Shown: in pieces, positions 1 through 10,310 of the stretch
Numbering within the stretch: the first letter of the stretch is position 1
How the letters are laid out: each line of letters starts with the position of its first letter
NCBI GenBank assembly: GCA_012838135.1
Contig: DUPV01000060.1
Location: 22,498 to 86,497 of the forward strand
Direction: 5' to 3'
Origin: Clostridiaceae bacterium
Lineage (GTDB): Bacteria > Bacillota > Clostridia > Saccharofermentanales > DTU023
DNA length: 64,000 nucleotides
Notes under the pieces: generated by a model
Database searches by the model: none
The model's input: only the letters and a program-made list of their open reading frames with translations
What the model was told of the DNA's origin: nothing
Position numbers and translations under genes: made by a program

Positions 1-122
1 TGGCTGTCTGTCCGGCTCAAGTATTAGCAAAACCGGGAATGGGTGTTGATGAGGCATACATGATTGCATTCAATGAAATGCAAAGAATTTTAGCAATCAG
101 AGCAACGAAAAAGACAGAATAA
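1..122 (+). CDS. 3' end of an unidentified gene that runs off the left edge
   Basis: Frame is open from base 3 to TAA at 120-122 (..AVCPAQVLAKPGMGVDEAYMIAFNEMQRILAIRATKKTE*). No family recognised. Confidence 0.35.
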   Translation, partial: AVCPAQVLAKPGMGVDEAYMIAFNEMQRILAIRATKKTE

Positions 123-308
123 ATTTAATTAACAAAATCAGATAAACATGATAAATTTCGGTTTAAATAACGAAATGTGCTAGAATTATACCTTAGTTAT
201 ATAATCATATAGTAAGTTTATATTTATATTAATATATTAAAAAAGTTTTATTACGAATTATGTTGTATATAGAAATAATTTGTTAGGAGTTTTTTAGGAG
301 AGTAAAAT

Positions 309-1949
309 TTGGAATTCCCTTTTGAACAAGACAGAAAAAGACGCAAATCAAACTCCGGTCGTCTTTTAAGGAAAAACCATAATATCAAAGCAAATGATTC
401 GCAGACAATAGCAAGAGCAACGCTAATTTCGATGATAGGCCTGTTTATGGCGAAAATCACCGGTTTTTTGCGCGAAGTTTTGATTGTGCCGATTTTAGGT
501 TACGGAATGTATTCCGATCCCTATTATATTGCATTTGCAATTCCGGATTTTTTATTTGCTTTATTAATCGGCGGTGCAGTTGCGGCGGCAATTACACCGA
601 CTTTATCCGGTGGTATAGAACAAAATCGTGAACGCGAAGTTTGGCGCAGTATCAGTATTTTTATCAGCATTGCCGGTCTTGTTATGGTAGCGGTTTTAGG
701 TTTGTCGGCAATTCTGATGCAATGGTTGTTGCCTTCAATTAATCCGGGCAGATCACAAGAAGTTATAAATGCCGCAATTCCTGTTTCGAGAATTCTACTC
801 GTTCAATGCTTTTTCATGACTTTAATTGCATTGACTCAAGGAGTTTTAACTTCATATAAACGTTTCGGTTTAGCTGCTTTTGGCGTAATGATTTACAATA
901 TTCTCTATATGATTGCTCTGCTGGCTTATGGCGAACAGAGTTTAGCAGGATTAAAGAAAGTTGCTTGGGGGGTTGTCGGTTCTGCAGCAATTTATTTTTT
1001 ATTCCAATTAGTTTTAGCACGCAGAGAATTAAAGCATTTTAAATTCAATTTAGACTATAATGATCCCGGTTTCAAACAATTACTCAGTTTAGCGATTCCT
1101 ACACTTTTGTCCGGATCGGTGCTGCACTTGAATGGTTTGATTATGAATGCTTTTACCAATCAGTTTACCGGTGCAATCACTTCGGTCAAACAGGCAGATC
1201 AAACATTTATGCTACCATACGGTGTGGTCGCAGTGGCTATAGGAACGGTTATGTTGCCCAATCTGACCGGTTTTTATGCTAAACGAGATTATCAGCAATG
1301 CAAGACTTTATTTACCAAAAGTGTCAGACAAGCCTTGTTTTTGATCGGACCGATTGCCGTGATCTTCTTTGTTTTGGATTTTGAAACAATCCAATTGATT
1401 TTTCAATGGAGCCCTAAATATAAGAATAGTGATGTAGCAATCACCGGAGAAATTTTACAGTGGCTCTGTGTCAGCTTAATTGCTCAAACAATTGTCTATA
1501 TGACTAATCAGGCATTTTATGCGAGGAAAGTTACCAGAATTGCTTTATTTAACGGTATTCTGACAATAATTCTCAATCCTTTGTTTTGTATTTTATTTAC
1601 CCGAGTCTTTAATTTCGGTGTTAAAGGAATTGCGATGGCTCACGCCGCCTATAGTGTGATTAGCGCATTTATTGTATATACTCTTTACAAGCTGCATAAA
1701 CCGCAAGCTAAACCATATCGGATCTTTCCTTTCATGTTGCGTTTGGCTTATTGCCTGATAGTTATGGGTTTAGTTCTTTCAGCAATTAATTTAATTCCTC
1801 TCTATCCTTCTGGTAAAGTTTGGCAAGCTGTAGTTTATCTGATTAAATTAATAATCGGCTTAATCGTATATTATATTGCAGGTATTTCTATTAATCTATA
1901 TGAAGTGGTTGATTTGCGGAAGAAACTTAAAATTAAATTTAGTTATTAA
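309..1949 (+). CDS. murJ: Lipid II flippase, MurJ/MviN family
   Basis: 546 aa polytopic membrane protein. N-terminal LISMIGLFMAKITGFLREVLI is typical of MurJ. TTG start lies 8 nt after AGGAG. Confidence 0.8.
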   Translation: MEFPFEQDRKRRKSNSGRLLRKNHNIKANDSQTIARATLISMIGLFMAKITGFLREVLIVPILGYGMYSDPYYIAFAIPDFLFALLIGGAVAAAITPTLSGGIEQNREREVWRSISIFISIAGLVMVAVLGLSAILMQWLLPSINPGRSQEVINAAIPVSRILLVQCFFMTLIALTQGVLTSYKRFGLAAFGVMIYNILYMIALLAYGEQSLAGLKKVAWGVVGSAAIYFLFQLVLARRELKHFKFNLDYNDPGFKQLLSLAIPTLLSGSVLHLNGLIMNAFTNQFTGAITSVKQADQTFMLPYGVVAVAIGTVMLPNLTGFYAKRDYQQCKTLFTKSVRQALFLIGPIAVIFFVLDFETIQLIFQWSPKYKNSDVAITGEILQWLCVSLIAQTIVYMTNQAFYARKVTRIALFNGILTIILNPLFCILFTRVFNFGVKGIAMAHAAYSVISAFIVYTLYKLHKPQAKPYRIFPFMLRLAYCLIVMGLVLSAINLIPLYPSGKVWQAVVYLIKLIIGLIVYYIAGISINLYEVVDLRKKLKIKFSY

Positions 1950-1994
1950 TAGATTATTAAAAATTATAAACTGTTTGTAAAAGAGGAGAACCAG

Positions 1995-2636
1995 ATGTCA
2001 AATAATTTCTATCAAGAAAAAATTCGTGATATTCGTTTTGCGTATGTTGACCATAAGCAACAAAGAAAAGCTGATTTATTTATAGGTTTATGGTTAGAAT
2101 TAAAAATTTCAGTTGCGCAAAGTCAATCTAAGCGTGTGATTGGTAAACAGGAGAAACATTTAAACAAATTTTTCTCGAATAAAGAAATATTGACAATGTT
2201 GGAAGAGAATGAGCAGGCAGTACGGAAAGCACTTTATGCGGAAATTTTAGATTCAGCTCTGATTTATCAAAGGGCTTGCCTTGAAGATCATAATTATGGT
2301 TCAAAGTTTTTAAATTTGATCAGGATGAAAAATAATGAAATTGCATATAAGGCGGCAAAAGAAGTTTATCAAATAATTATTCCGGCTTTAATGAGAATGA
2401 ATGAGCAGATTTGGCGGAATCAAATGATTACGGCATTACATGTAGCTTATCAGGAAATTTTTGCAGAAGATGCATTAAAACCGGAGATTCTCTTTGATGA
2501 TGCGAAATTACAATTAAATGAAGAATTTAATAAAATTGTTATGTGTACGCTGAAAAATGAAAGAGATGAATCGTTGGCAAATATTAATTCGGCGGAAGCC
2601 AAAGTAAATACGTTAGAAAATAGAGGAGTCGAATAG
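1995..2636 (+). CDS. Hypothetical cytoplasmic protein, probably helical
   Basis: 213 aa ORF with GAGGAG upstream. No motif recognised. Confidence 0.5.
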   Translation: MSNNFYQEKIRDIRFAYVDHKQQRKADLFIGLWLELKISVAQSQSKRVIGKQEKHLNKFFSNKEILTMLEENEQAVRKALYAEILDSALIYQRACLEDHNYGSKFLNLIRMKNNEIAYKAAKEVYQIIIPALMRMNEQIWRNQMITALHVAYQEIFAEDALKPEILFDDAKLQLNEEFNKIVMCTLKNERDESLANINSAEAKVNTLENRGVE

Positions 2637-2637
2637 C

Positions 2638-3903
2638 TTGCAAGATAATAACAGAGCAATTGTTCTGGGAATCCATTTAACTTCTGAAGGAAATTTCAAA
2701 GAAATTGCGGAATATTCCTTGGCAGAGCTGACAGAATTGGCGGAAACAGCGGGCTTGGAAGTTGTGGCGGAATCTTTACAAAGCCGACCCAAAATTGATC
2801 CGACTTATGCTGCCGGTAAAGGGAAATTAGATGAAATCTCTGAAATGGCAAAAGCTATGGATGCAGACACTCTTGTCTTTGATCTCAATTTAAGCGGATC
2901 TCAAATGCGAAATATTTCGGAATTAACCGGATTAAAAATAATTGATCGTACGTTGCTTATTTTGGATATTTTTGCGTCGCGGGCAAATACGATGGAGGGA
3001 CGGCTTCAAGTTGAGATCGCTCAGTTGAATGATCGAGCAACCAGATTGGTCGGTGCAGGGATGGCTTTGTCACGTTTAGGCGGCGGTATCGGCACCAGAG
3101 GTCCGGGTGAAACCCAACTGGAAACTGATCGCCGACATATTCAAAGACGCATTAAAACTCTAAAAAAACGACTTAAAGAATTGAGCAGGCGCAGACAATT
3201 AACGCGTGAGAACAGAACGAAAAATCAATTGATTACCGGAGCTATCGTCGGCTATACGAATGCCGGGAAATCAACTTTGATGAACGCTTTATGTGAGTCT
3301 GATTTATTTACGATGGATCAGGTCTTCGCAACACTCGATCCGACTGCCAGACGAATTAAGGATTCCGATATTCCGATTTTGTTAATTGATACGGTCGGTT
3401 TTATTCGAAAAATACCTCATCAATTGATTGAAGCATTTCAGTCTACGCTGGAGGAAGTAAGCTATGCAGATTTTATCGTTCAAGTAACGGATATTTCCGA
3501 TCCGGAATTTGAAGCACAGATGGATATAGCTGAAAGACAATTGGAAGCATTAGCGGCAGATAGCAAACCGAGAATTCATGTTTTCAATAAAATTGATTTG
3601 GTAGATCGTAAGATAATTGACAAGATCATGCAAACCAATCGTCACGCTGCCAAGCAAATATTTATATCAGCTCGTGACGGAATAGGACTTACGGATTTAA
3701 AACAAGCAATTAACGAGATTCCGAAAGCTCAAATGCTACCGTTTCTTTTGACGATTCCCTTCGATCAAAGTCAGATTGTTTCGGAATTGCGCAATGTTGC
3801 ATATATAGACAATGTTGAGTATACCGAGCAAGGTACGAAAATCAGTTTTCGCATCCATCAAGGACATTTGGGAATAATTAAACCGCTTTTACAACAATTT
3901 TAG
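2638..3903 (+). CDS. hflX: GTPase HflX
   Basis: Shows the HflX N-domain motif RGPGETQLETDRR and the P-loop GYTNAGKST, followed by DTVGF. Confidence 0.9.
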   Translation: MQDNNRAIVLGIHLTSEGNFKEIAEYSLAELTELAETAGLEVVAESLQSRPKIDPTYAAGKGKLDEISEMAKAMDADTLVFDLNLSGSQMRNISELTGLKIIDRTLLILDIFASRANTMEGRLQVEIAQLNDRATRLVGAGMALSRLGGGIGTRGPGETQLETDRRHIQRRIKTLKKRLKELSRRRQLTRENRTKNQLITGAIVGYTNAGKSTLMNALCESDLFTMDQVFATLDPTARRIKDSDIPILLIDTVGFIRKIPHQLIEAFQSTLEEVSYADFIVQVTDISDPEFEAQMDIAERQLEALAADSKPRIHVFNKIDLVDRKIIDKIMQTNRHAAKQIFISARDGIGLTDLKQAINEIPKAQMLPFLLTIPFDQSQIVSELRNVAYIDNVEYTEQGTKISFRIHQGHLGIIKPLLQQF

Positions 3904-3927
3904 ATTTCAAATTGTGTGTTTTAGATT

Positions 3928-4734
3928 TTATATTTTAGATTGTGCCGTGCTTTTATGAATTCTTTTCGGTTTTTTCCTTTTCTTTTTCCGAACACCCTGC
4001 GGCAGATCACGCAAAAGCCCCTTGTTTTTGATAAAATATTCATTTTCTCTTTCGAGTAGCCAATCTTCCAAGGCACTGGTCATTTCATCCGGCGAAGAAT
4101 AATCTTCAGGCATCAAGGCTTTACCGAAAATGATATTGACAATGAATTTTTTGCCGGTTTTCGGATTTCTGAAACGCGGTCGCTTATCGTGGCGTGAAAA
4201 CACTTCAAAGCCACCTTCAATATACACAGGGACAAGGGGAACTTTCCCGGCCTGGGCAATATATGCTGCACCATTCTGTAAAGGGCCCAGAGTTCCGTCA
4301 TGAGTACGTGTGCCTTCGGGATGTACCATCAGAATATTACCGGCATTACAGGCGCGACGAGCCATAACCAGACCACGCACCGGATTGCCGTATCTTTCCA
4401 CCTCAACACCGCGAGATACAGGTACGATTAATTTTCCAATCAAACCATGTTTGGATTTCAGGTCAGAGCCGATCAGTGCAGAGAATTTCTCGAAATGCTC
4501 TTTCGACAATCCTTTGCCTACCAATAAACCGTCAACATATGTCTGATGATTTGGAGCAATGACATATGGGCTTTTTTCAGGAATGTTTTCTTGCCCGAAA
4601 TAATTAATTTCTGCACACATTTTGGCAACAGTCATACCGAACCATGAAAAAATCCGCCCGAATACACTTCGTTTGCCGGGTAAAGAAGAGTATATTTTTC
4701 GATTTTTTTTATTTCTGTTTTTCTGTTTGTCCAT
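3928..4734 (-). CDS. plsC: 1-acyl-sn-glycerol-3-phosphate acyltransferase family protein
   Basis: Shows the HX4D motif NHQTYVD and PEGTRT, both acyltransferase motifs. Confidence 0.75.
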   Translation of the reverse strand: MDKQKNRNKKNRKIYSSLPGKRSVFGRIFSWFGMTVAKMCAEINYFGQENIPEKSPYVIAPNHQTYVDGLLVGKGLSKEHFEKFSALIGSDLKSKHGLIGKLIVPVSRGVEVERYGNPVRGLVMARRACNAGNILMVHPEGTRTHDGTLGPLQNGAAYIAQAGKVPLVPVYIEGGFEVFSRHDKRPRFRNPKTGKKFIVNIIFGKALMPEDYSSPDEMTSALEDWLLERENEYFIKNKGLLRDLPQGVRKKKRKKPKRIHKSTAQSKI

Positions 4735-5239
4735 GTTCCTTAGCCTCCTCTCTATTGACTTTGTTTAGTTTTGCCCCCAAACGTTTTTTTTGAAAAAAAT
4801 CTGTTAGTTTTTTTGCGCATTCTTCCTTCAATAAACCGCCGACAATATTTGTATGATGATTAAGTGCGGAATCCTTGAGTGTTGCTGTTTCAGCTACAGA
4901 ACCGCAAGCTCCTGTTTTCGGATCGTATGCCCCGAAGTAAACATTGGCAATCCTTGCTTGAATTATAGCACCAAAACACATCAAACATGGTTCAAGAGTT
5001 ACATATAATTCGCAATCATCCAGTATCCATCTGCCCAGCTTTTGACAAGCTGCACGAATAGCGATAATTTCGGCATGTGCCGTTGTATCAATAGCAAATT
5101 CTCTTTTATTGTGACCTCGAGCTATGATTTGTCCTGATTTGACAATTACAGCCCCTACCGGCACATCTCCATTTTGTTCTGCTAAGTCGGCTTCCGACAA
5201 AGCCTGTTGCATGAACAAGGAAATTTTCTCTGTTGTCAC
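4709..5239 (-). CDS. tadA: tRNA adenosine(34) deaminase
   Basis: Shows the CDA zinc motifs HAE and PCLMC. Overlaps the plsC-like start by 26 nt. Confidence 0.9.
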   Translation of the reverse strand: MTTEKISLFMQQALSEADLAEQNGDVPVGAVIVKSGQIIARGHNKREFAIDTTAHAEIIAIRAACQKLGRWILDDCELYVTLEPCLMCFGAIIQARIANVYFGAYDPKTGACGSVAETATLKDSALNHHTNIVGGLLKEECAKKLTDFFQKKRLGAKLNKVNREEAKEHGQTEKQK

Positions 5240-5336
5240 GATCTTTTCCTATAACTTGAAAATTAATTATATGATAACTATAATAACATAGATTACATCA
5301 ACTAAACTATTTTTTTTAATCACAAAGAGGTAATTA

Positions 5337-6086
5337 ATGCAAGAGGGAATGTGTAAAAATTGCGGTTCGATTGTTTATGTGAACCCGAAACAAGAAAATT
5401 GCCATTGTTTATTTTGCGACTGTGTTTTTCCGGCTCAAGAAGCTTTGGAAATTGCAAAAAATCCGCAAGATTATGAATTTTTAAATGAAGAACAACCTGA
5501 ATATACAGGTGAATCAATAAATCCTCAACATAAAAAAGTCAATGCAAATCTGGATCAATTAATTGAGCGAAGAGAAAAAAAGGTCAAGGCTACAGCTAGA
5601 CCGAAACCTAAATATGCAATTGAGAAAAAAGAAATTCCTGATGTTAATTTAAGTAAAAAACAGATTTTTACAATTGTGGGCATCATCGTGGCAATAGTTG
5701 CCATTTTTCTGGTAATAACTTTGCCTCAAACGGTTGCCCGTGATCAACATCGAGCGAATATTACTGATAAGTTCAAAAAAGCTCTAAGTGATGAAAAATA
5801 TAAGGATTCAATTGATTACGAGCACGGATTTGCCATTTCTCACATGAAAAACACACATGTTGACTTAATTGTGGAGGCTGGTCTGACAAAAGAAGATGCA
5901 CGTGATATTTTTGCTTTATATTGCAAGGCAAGAGCTGATGTCCATAATATCAATTTAGACAATACAAATAAGGCATATTCCGATGTTTCAATCAGAATTG
6001 CCATGCCGGGCAAAGGCGGATATTTAATTCAAGATAAAAATCTGGCAGATATGGATAACTTGGAATTAATTGAAGTTTTGCCGTAA
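5337..6086 (+). CDS. Zinc-ribbon membrane protein of unknown function
   Basis: N-terminal CKNCGS..CHCLFCDC zinc ribbon, one central TM helix (IFTIVGIIVAIVAIFLVITL), and a C-terminal extracytoplasmic domain. Confidence 0.55.
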   Translation: MQEGMCKNCGSIVYVNPKQENCHCLFCDCVFPAQEALEIAKNPQDYEFLNEEQPEYTGESINPQHKKVNANLDQLIERREKKVKATARPKPKYAIEKKEIPDVNLSKKQIFTIVGIIVAIVAIFLVITLPQTVARDQHRANITDKFKKALSDEKYKDSIDYEHGFAISHMKNTHVDLIVEAGLTKEDARDIFALYCKARADVHNINLDNTNKAYSDVSIRIAMPGKGGYLIQDKNLADMDNLELIEVLP

Positions 6087-6114
6087 TGCTTAGCCTCATT
6101 TTGGTGAATTGCAG

Positions 6115-6155
6115 AACTTGTTTTTAATTTTGTTGCATTTAATTATCAGTTTATA
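6115..6155. repeat. Copy A of a ~41 nt direct repeat flanking the TCS-ABC cassette
   Basis: aacttgtttttaattttgttgcatttaattatcagtttata matches 9962-10002 at 36/41 positions. Weaker similarity extends ~10 nt upstream and ~20 nt downstream. Confidence 0.8.
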
Positions 6156-6177
6156 TCTCATTAAAAAATTTTGTATA

Positions 6178-6216
6178 AAAGTCCGAAGCGATGCCAAAAC
6201 TTCGGACTTTTGTTAT
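6178..6216 (+). terminator. Rho-independent terminator or attenuator hairpin
   Basis: aaagtccgaag / cttcggacttt forms an 11 bp stem with an 11 nt loop, followed by a T-rich tail. It lies between the stop of ORF 5337-6086 and the regulator start. Confidence 0.6.
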
Positions 6217-6247
6217 ATTAATACAAGGATGTAATATAGGGGTACTT

Positions 6248-6925
6248 ATGGAGAATACGGTACTGATCGTGGAAGACGATACAAATATTAATAATTTGAT
6301 CAAAGAGGCATTGGAACAAGCTGATTATCGATGCGTTCAATCGTTTTCGGGAACAGAAGCATTATTATTAGCTAAAGATACAAACTTTACAGTTATTATT
6401 CTTGACTTGATGTTACCCGGGTTGTCCGGTGAAGAGCTTTTGCCGAAAATCAAAGAAATTCAAACAGCTCCTGTTATCATTCTTTCCGCTAAAGATGCTT
6501 TGGACTCCAAATTGCGTTTGTTAACGAGTGGTGCGGATGATTATCTGACAAAGCCCTTTTCCGTTGAGGAATTGATTGCCAGAGTGAATATTTTGGCGAA
6601 ACGTCATCAAAATGTACCTGATTCTCATTTTTATCAATTTAAAGATCTGAAGCTGGATTCGAAAAATTATACAGCATCACTGGCTGATCAAGATCTCAAT
6701 TTAACAGTTTTGGAATTAAAGATTTTGGAGATATTAATAAAAAATCCCAATCGTGTTTTTTCAAAACAGGATATTTATGATCTTGTTTGGAATGATTATT
6801 ATATTGGCGGTGACAAAACAATCAATGTCCATATTTCCAATATACGTAAAAAAATTAAACTATACACCGATGAAGAATATATTGAAACGGTATGGGGGAT
6901 TGGATTCAAATTAAGTTCCCGCTAA
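6248..6925 (+). CDS. OmpR/PhoB-family response regulator
   Basis: Receiver domain (LIVEDD.., ILDLMLPG, KPF) plus a winged-helix C-terminus. ATG at 6248 is preferred because the 6191 extension overlaps the terminator hairpin. Confidence 0.85.
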   Translation: MENTVLIVEDDTNINNLIKEALEQADYRCVQSFSGTEALLLAKDTNFTVIILDLMLPGLSGEELLPKIKEIQTAPVIILSAKDALDSKLRLLTSGADDYLTKPFSVEELIARVNILAKRHQNVPDSHFYQFKDLKLDSKNYTASLADQDLNLTVLELKILEILIKNPNRVFSKQDIYDLVWNDYYIGGDKTINVHISNIRKKIKLYTDEEYIETVWGIGFKLSSR

Positions 6926-7027
6926 TCTTTAATCTTTCTTTACCATTTCTTTGCGATATATTAAATAAGATTGGGCATCATATACATAAGCAAATAATTG
7001 CTGAAATATAATGATGGAGGTTTCGAG

Positions 7028-7948
7028 ATGACAATAATTTTAGAAACAAGTAATCTGACAAAAATATACGGTACCCAAAAAGCCGTTGATAATATTTCCA
7101 TCTCGATTAAACAAGGCGATATTTATGGCCTGATCGGGAGAAACGGGGCGGGTAAAACAACTCTGATGCGAATTGTTTCCGGCTTGGCAAGACCGAGTTT
7201 GGGGGATTATAAAGTGTTCGGAGAATCAGATGAAAGTACTTCTTTAACGAGGATAGGCTGTCTGATTGAAAACACGGGAATTTACCCGAACCTGACGGCA
7301 TTTGAACATTTATATTTAAAAAAAATAGCTGTCGGAATCAAGGAAAAAGGGATTGAAAATAAATTACTTGATTTAGTCGGGCTGGCAGATACCGGCAAGA
7401 AAAAGGTCAAGCAGTTTTCTCTAGGAATGAAACAAAGACTGGGCATAGCTTTAGCTTTAATCGGATATCCGGATTTGGTCATATTAGACGAACCGATTAA
7501 CGGTTTAGATCCGCAGGGAATCGTTGAAATTCGCAATATTATAGAACAATTAAATCAGGAAGAAGGAATTACGTTTATAATTTCCAGTCATATTCTGGAT
7601 GAATTGGCAAAAATAGGAACTCGCTTCGGTATTATCGAGCGGGGACAACTATTAGAAGAAATTGATCGTGCATCGCTTCTGGAGAAAAACAGTGATCGTA
7701 TTGAATTACAAACATCTGCAGCTGCAAATGCTTTACCGCTTTTAGATCAAATTCAGATAAAAGATTACAAATTAATTTCAGATAATCTGATCTATATCTA
7801 TGATTCTGTTGAACGTACAGGTGATATTTCATTAGTTTTAGCACAGCATAGTATTCCGATTGAAGCCTTAAGCATTCATCAAAATACCTTGGAAGATTAT
7901 TATCTGAATTTAACCGGCTATGCTCAAATCAAAAATATGGGAGGTTGA
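7028..7948 (+). CDS. ABC transporter ATP-binding protein, lantibiotic/bacitracin-protection type
   Basis: Walker A GRNGAGKTT, signature FSLGMKQR, Walker B LVILDEP. ATG at 7028 follows GGAGG. Confidence 0.85.
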   Translation: MTIILETSNLTKIYGTQKAVDNISISIKQGDIYGLIGRNGAGKTTLMRIVSGLARPSLGDYKVFGESDESTSLTRIGCLIENTGIYPNLTAFEHLYLKKIAVGIKEKGIENKLLDLVGLADTGKKKVKQFSLGMKQRLGIALALIGYPDLVILDEPINGLDPQGIVEIRNIIEQLNQEEGITFIISSHILDELAKIGTRFGIIERGQLLEEIDRASLLEKNSDRIELQTSAAANALPLLDQIQIKDYKLISDNLIYIYDSVERTGDISLVLAQHSIPIEALSIHQNTLEDYYLNLTGYAQIKNMGG

Positions 7949-7952
7949 ATAA

Positions 7953-8888
7953 ATGTTCAATTATACATGTATGGAATTAAGACGCTTAAATAAACAAAAA
8001 TCGACTTATATTATTTTGTTGACAGCTGCAATCTTATTATTCGGCTTGACCTTGATGTTGAATATCAGTCTGAAAGCCTTAGGCAATTTAGATAATTCCG
8101 TAAATAAGTCACCGGACAAAGGACCGGTTACGTTTGAAGTATCCTTTGAAGAACAACAATCAAGTACTCCTCTGGCTGTAGAAAAAAATGAAAATCCGGA
8201 TCCGGAAAAGATTTTTGCGGAATCTCTGGATGAACATTTAGATGGTGAGCCATTAGTGACGGAAGAAACCGGGGAAGATTTGTTACTTCATTACTTCAGC
8301 GGTTATAGTATGTTAATATTTTTAATTATTTTTGCCGCATTATTTTTTACGGCACCTTATCAAAATGGTTATGTCAAAAACTTTTTGGGAACCACCCGCA
8401 ATCGTTCTAAATTTGTTTTTGCCCAATTTTTTACCGGTATTGTTTACACTATATTGTTATTTGTCGTGTCAGTAATTGTTCTGCTGATTGCTCAACATAT
8501 ATTTTTAGCTGATCAATTTCCCCTTTCAGATATGGGCGGAATGGTTAAAACTTTGATGTATCAATTGTTTGCTCATATTGCATTTTTGGCTATACTATTA
8601 TTTATTGCAACTATATCGGGCAAGATGTCTATGGTATTAATATCAAGCTTTCTCTACTATCTTATCGGTCATAAATTAATCTTTGATCTGTTGACTATGT
8701 TAATTAATAAAGTAGTAAATTTCGGGGATGATTGGCATTTGCGTACTTATACGGTAATGGGAAGTATTGCGCAGTTTACCAGGAATATCGAGACAAAGAA
8801 CTTGATACAACCGTTACTCGTTTGTGCGATAATTATGATTATTGCAATCGGGGCAAGCTGCTTTACTTTACAGAAAAAAGATATTTAA
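7953..8888 (+). CDS. ABC-2 type permease
   Basis: 311 aa. TM1 is followed by a ~90 aa acidic extracytoplasmic loop and about five more TM helices. Adjacent to the ATPase gene. Confidence 0.7.
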   Translation: MFNYTCMELRRLNKQKSTYIILLTAAILLFGLTLMLNISLKALGNLDNSVNKSPDKGPVTFEVSFEEQQSSTPLAVEKNENPDPEKIFAESLDEHLDGEPLVTEETGEDLLLHYFSGYSMLIFLIIFAALFFTAPYQNGYVKNFLGTTRNRSKFVFAQFFTGIVYTILLFVVSVIVLLIAQHIFLADQFPLSDMGGMVKTLMYQLFAHIAFLAILLFIATISGKMSMVLISSFLYYLIGHKLIFDLLTMLINKVVNFGDDWHLRTYTVMGSIAQFTRNIETKNLIQPLLVCAIIMIIAIGASCFTLQKKDI

Positions 8889-9840
8889 TTGTAAAAAATT
8901 GGTTGAGGAAAACATTTTGCAATATTTTGTAATTGCCGTTCTGATTATTATAAGTTTAGCCATAGGTATATACCTATGGCTAACTATGCGTCAAATCAAT
9001 GATTTGTTGAAACAACTGGAGTTTTTGATGCAACATGAAAGTCGGATGCAGTTAACGACTTCATTCAGCAACAAATCAATCCTGAAAATAACGACATTAA
9101 TCAACTCTCAAATGAAAGACATGGCAGATTTGAGGATTCATCTGAAAAAAGAAAAAGTTACAAGTGAAGATACCATCGCCGGTCTTTCTCATGATATCAG
9201 AACACCCCTTACTTCATTAGACGGATATTTACAACTGTTAAAAAACACGGATGATCCGGTCAAACAACAATCTTATCTTGCCATTATGCAGGAACGAGTG
9301 GAAAGTCTGAGAAAAATTCTCGATGAATTATTTATATATGCCAAATTACAACAAGCAGATTATCAATTGGAATTAGAAACTATTAATATTAATGAAACTC
9401 TGACACAAAACATTTTTATGTTTTATGAAGATTTTAAGCGGCACAATATAGAACCGGAAATCAGCTTTGAAAAAGAAAATGTGATGATTCAAGCAAATGC
9501 CAATGCTTTAGAACGTGTGCTGCAAAATGTTTTGCGAAATGTCTTATTACATGGTGCAGGCGATTTGAAAATTTCATTAAACTTAATAAAAGCAGGAGAA
9601 GATGAAGAGTATGAATCGAAGCTTTCCTTATCGTTCTCTAATCGAATGCGTCCTGATAGTATGCTATGCACAGAACAGGTTTTTGATAAGTTTTATAAAG
9701 GTGATTCCAGCAGACAAAATAGTTCTACCGGTCTCGGTTTAGCAATTGCAAAAAATCTTACTGAAAAAATGAACGGTAAGCTATATGTTGAAGCAGAAGA
9801 TAATATTTTTGTTCTTCAAATTCAATTTCCTCTAAAGTAA
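8842..9840 (+). CDS. Sensor histidine kinase with a short sensing region
   Basis: H-box LSHDIRTPL and G-box STGLGLAI. The more likely start is TTG at 8917, 6 nt after GAGGAA. Confidence 0.8.
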   Translation: MQSGQAALLYRKKIFNCKKLVEENILQYFVIAVLIIISLAIGIYLWLTMRQINDLLKQLEFLMQHESRMQLTTSFSNKSILKITTLINSQMKDMADLRIHLKKEKVTSEDTIAGLSHDIRTPLTSLDGYLQLLKNTDDPVKQQSYLAIMQERVESLRKILDELFIYAKLQQADYQLELETININETLTQNIFMFYEDFKRHNIEPEISFEKENVMIQANANALERVLQNVLRNVLLHGAGDLKISLNLIKAGEDEEYESKLSLSFSNRMRPDSMLCTEQVFDKFYKGDSSRQNSSTGLGLAIAKNLTEKMNGKLYVEAEDNIFVLQIQFPLK

Positions 9841-9961
9841 TTATCTGGGAAAAATATATTTATTAAACTGTTAAACTGCCAAAGATAGATCCTTTTATCC
9901 CAAATTTACAATTTCATAATCTGAAGACAAGTTATTTTACTGAACAGTTATCTGATTGTAA

Positions 9962-10002
9962 AACTTGTTTTTAATTTTGTTACATTTACGTTTTAGTTTA
10001 TA
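9962..10002. repeat. Copy B of the ~41 nt direct repeat
   Basis: aacttgtttttaattttgttacatttacgttttagtttata matches 6115-6155 at 36/41 positions. Confidence 0.8.
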
Positions 10003-10072
10003 CAATTATTTTTGTAATAATTATACCAAAGAGTAAGTTATTTCTTATTCATACTTTTCTCCTCCAATGTTT

Positions 10073-10108
10073 AAACAGTTCTGGCTTCGCCGGAACTGTT
10101 TGTTTTTG
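10073..10108 (+). terminator. Rho-independent terminator
   Basis: aaacagttctgg / ccggaactgttt forms a 12 bp stem with one G-U pair, loop cttcg, then gtttttg. Confidence 0.65.
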
Positions 10109-10281
10109 TCACTATTAATTGTCATTATTCTTTTTGAGAAATAACTGTCAATAATTTCCTTATCCGGCATATTAAGTTTTCCAGAAAAAATGAAACATAA
10201 CTGGCATAGAGTGTGTTTGACAGTACGGTAATATCTTTAAAAAATGCAATCCAACTGTAAACCGAACAAAATTTTGCTTTC

Positions 10282-10310
10282 TTGACTTTATGCAGTACAG
10301 ATGATAAATT
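10282..10310 (+). promoter_or_regulatory. Sigma-A type promoter candidate
   Basis: TTGACT, 17 nt spacer, TAAATT, located 35 nt upstream of ORF 10345. Confidence 0.45.

Noticed and set aside
6191-6247. Upstream extension of the response-regulator ORF (MPKLRTFVILIQGCNIGVL)
   Set aside because: The extension overlaps the terminator hairpin 6178-6216. The receiver domain begins at the MENTVLIVEDD methionine (6248).
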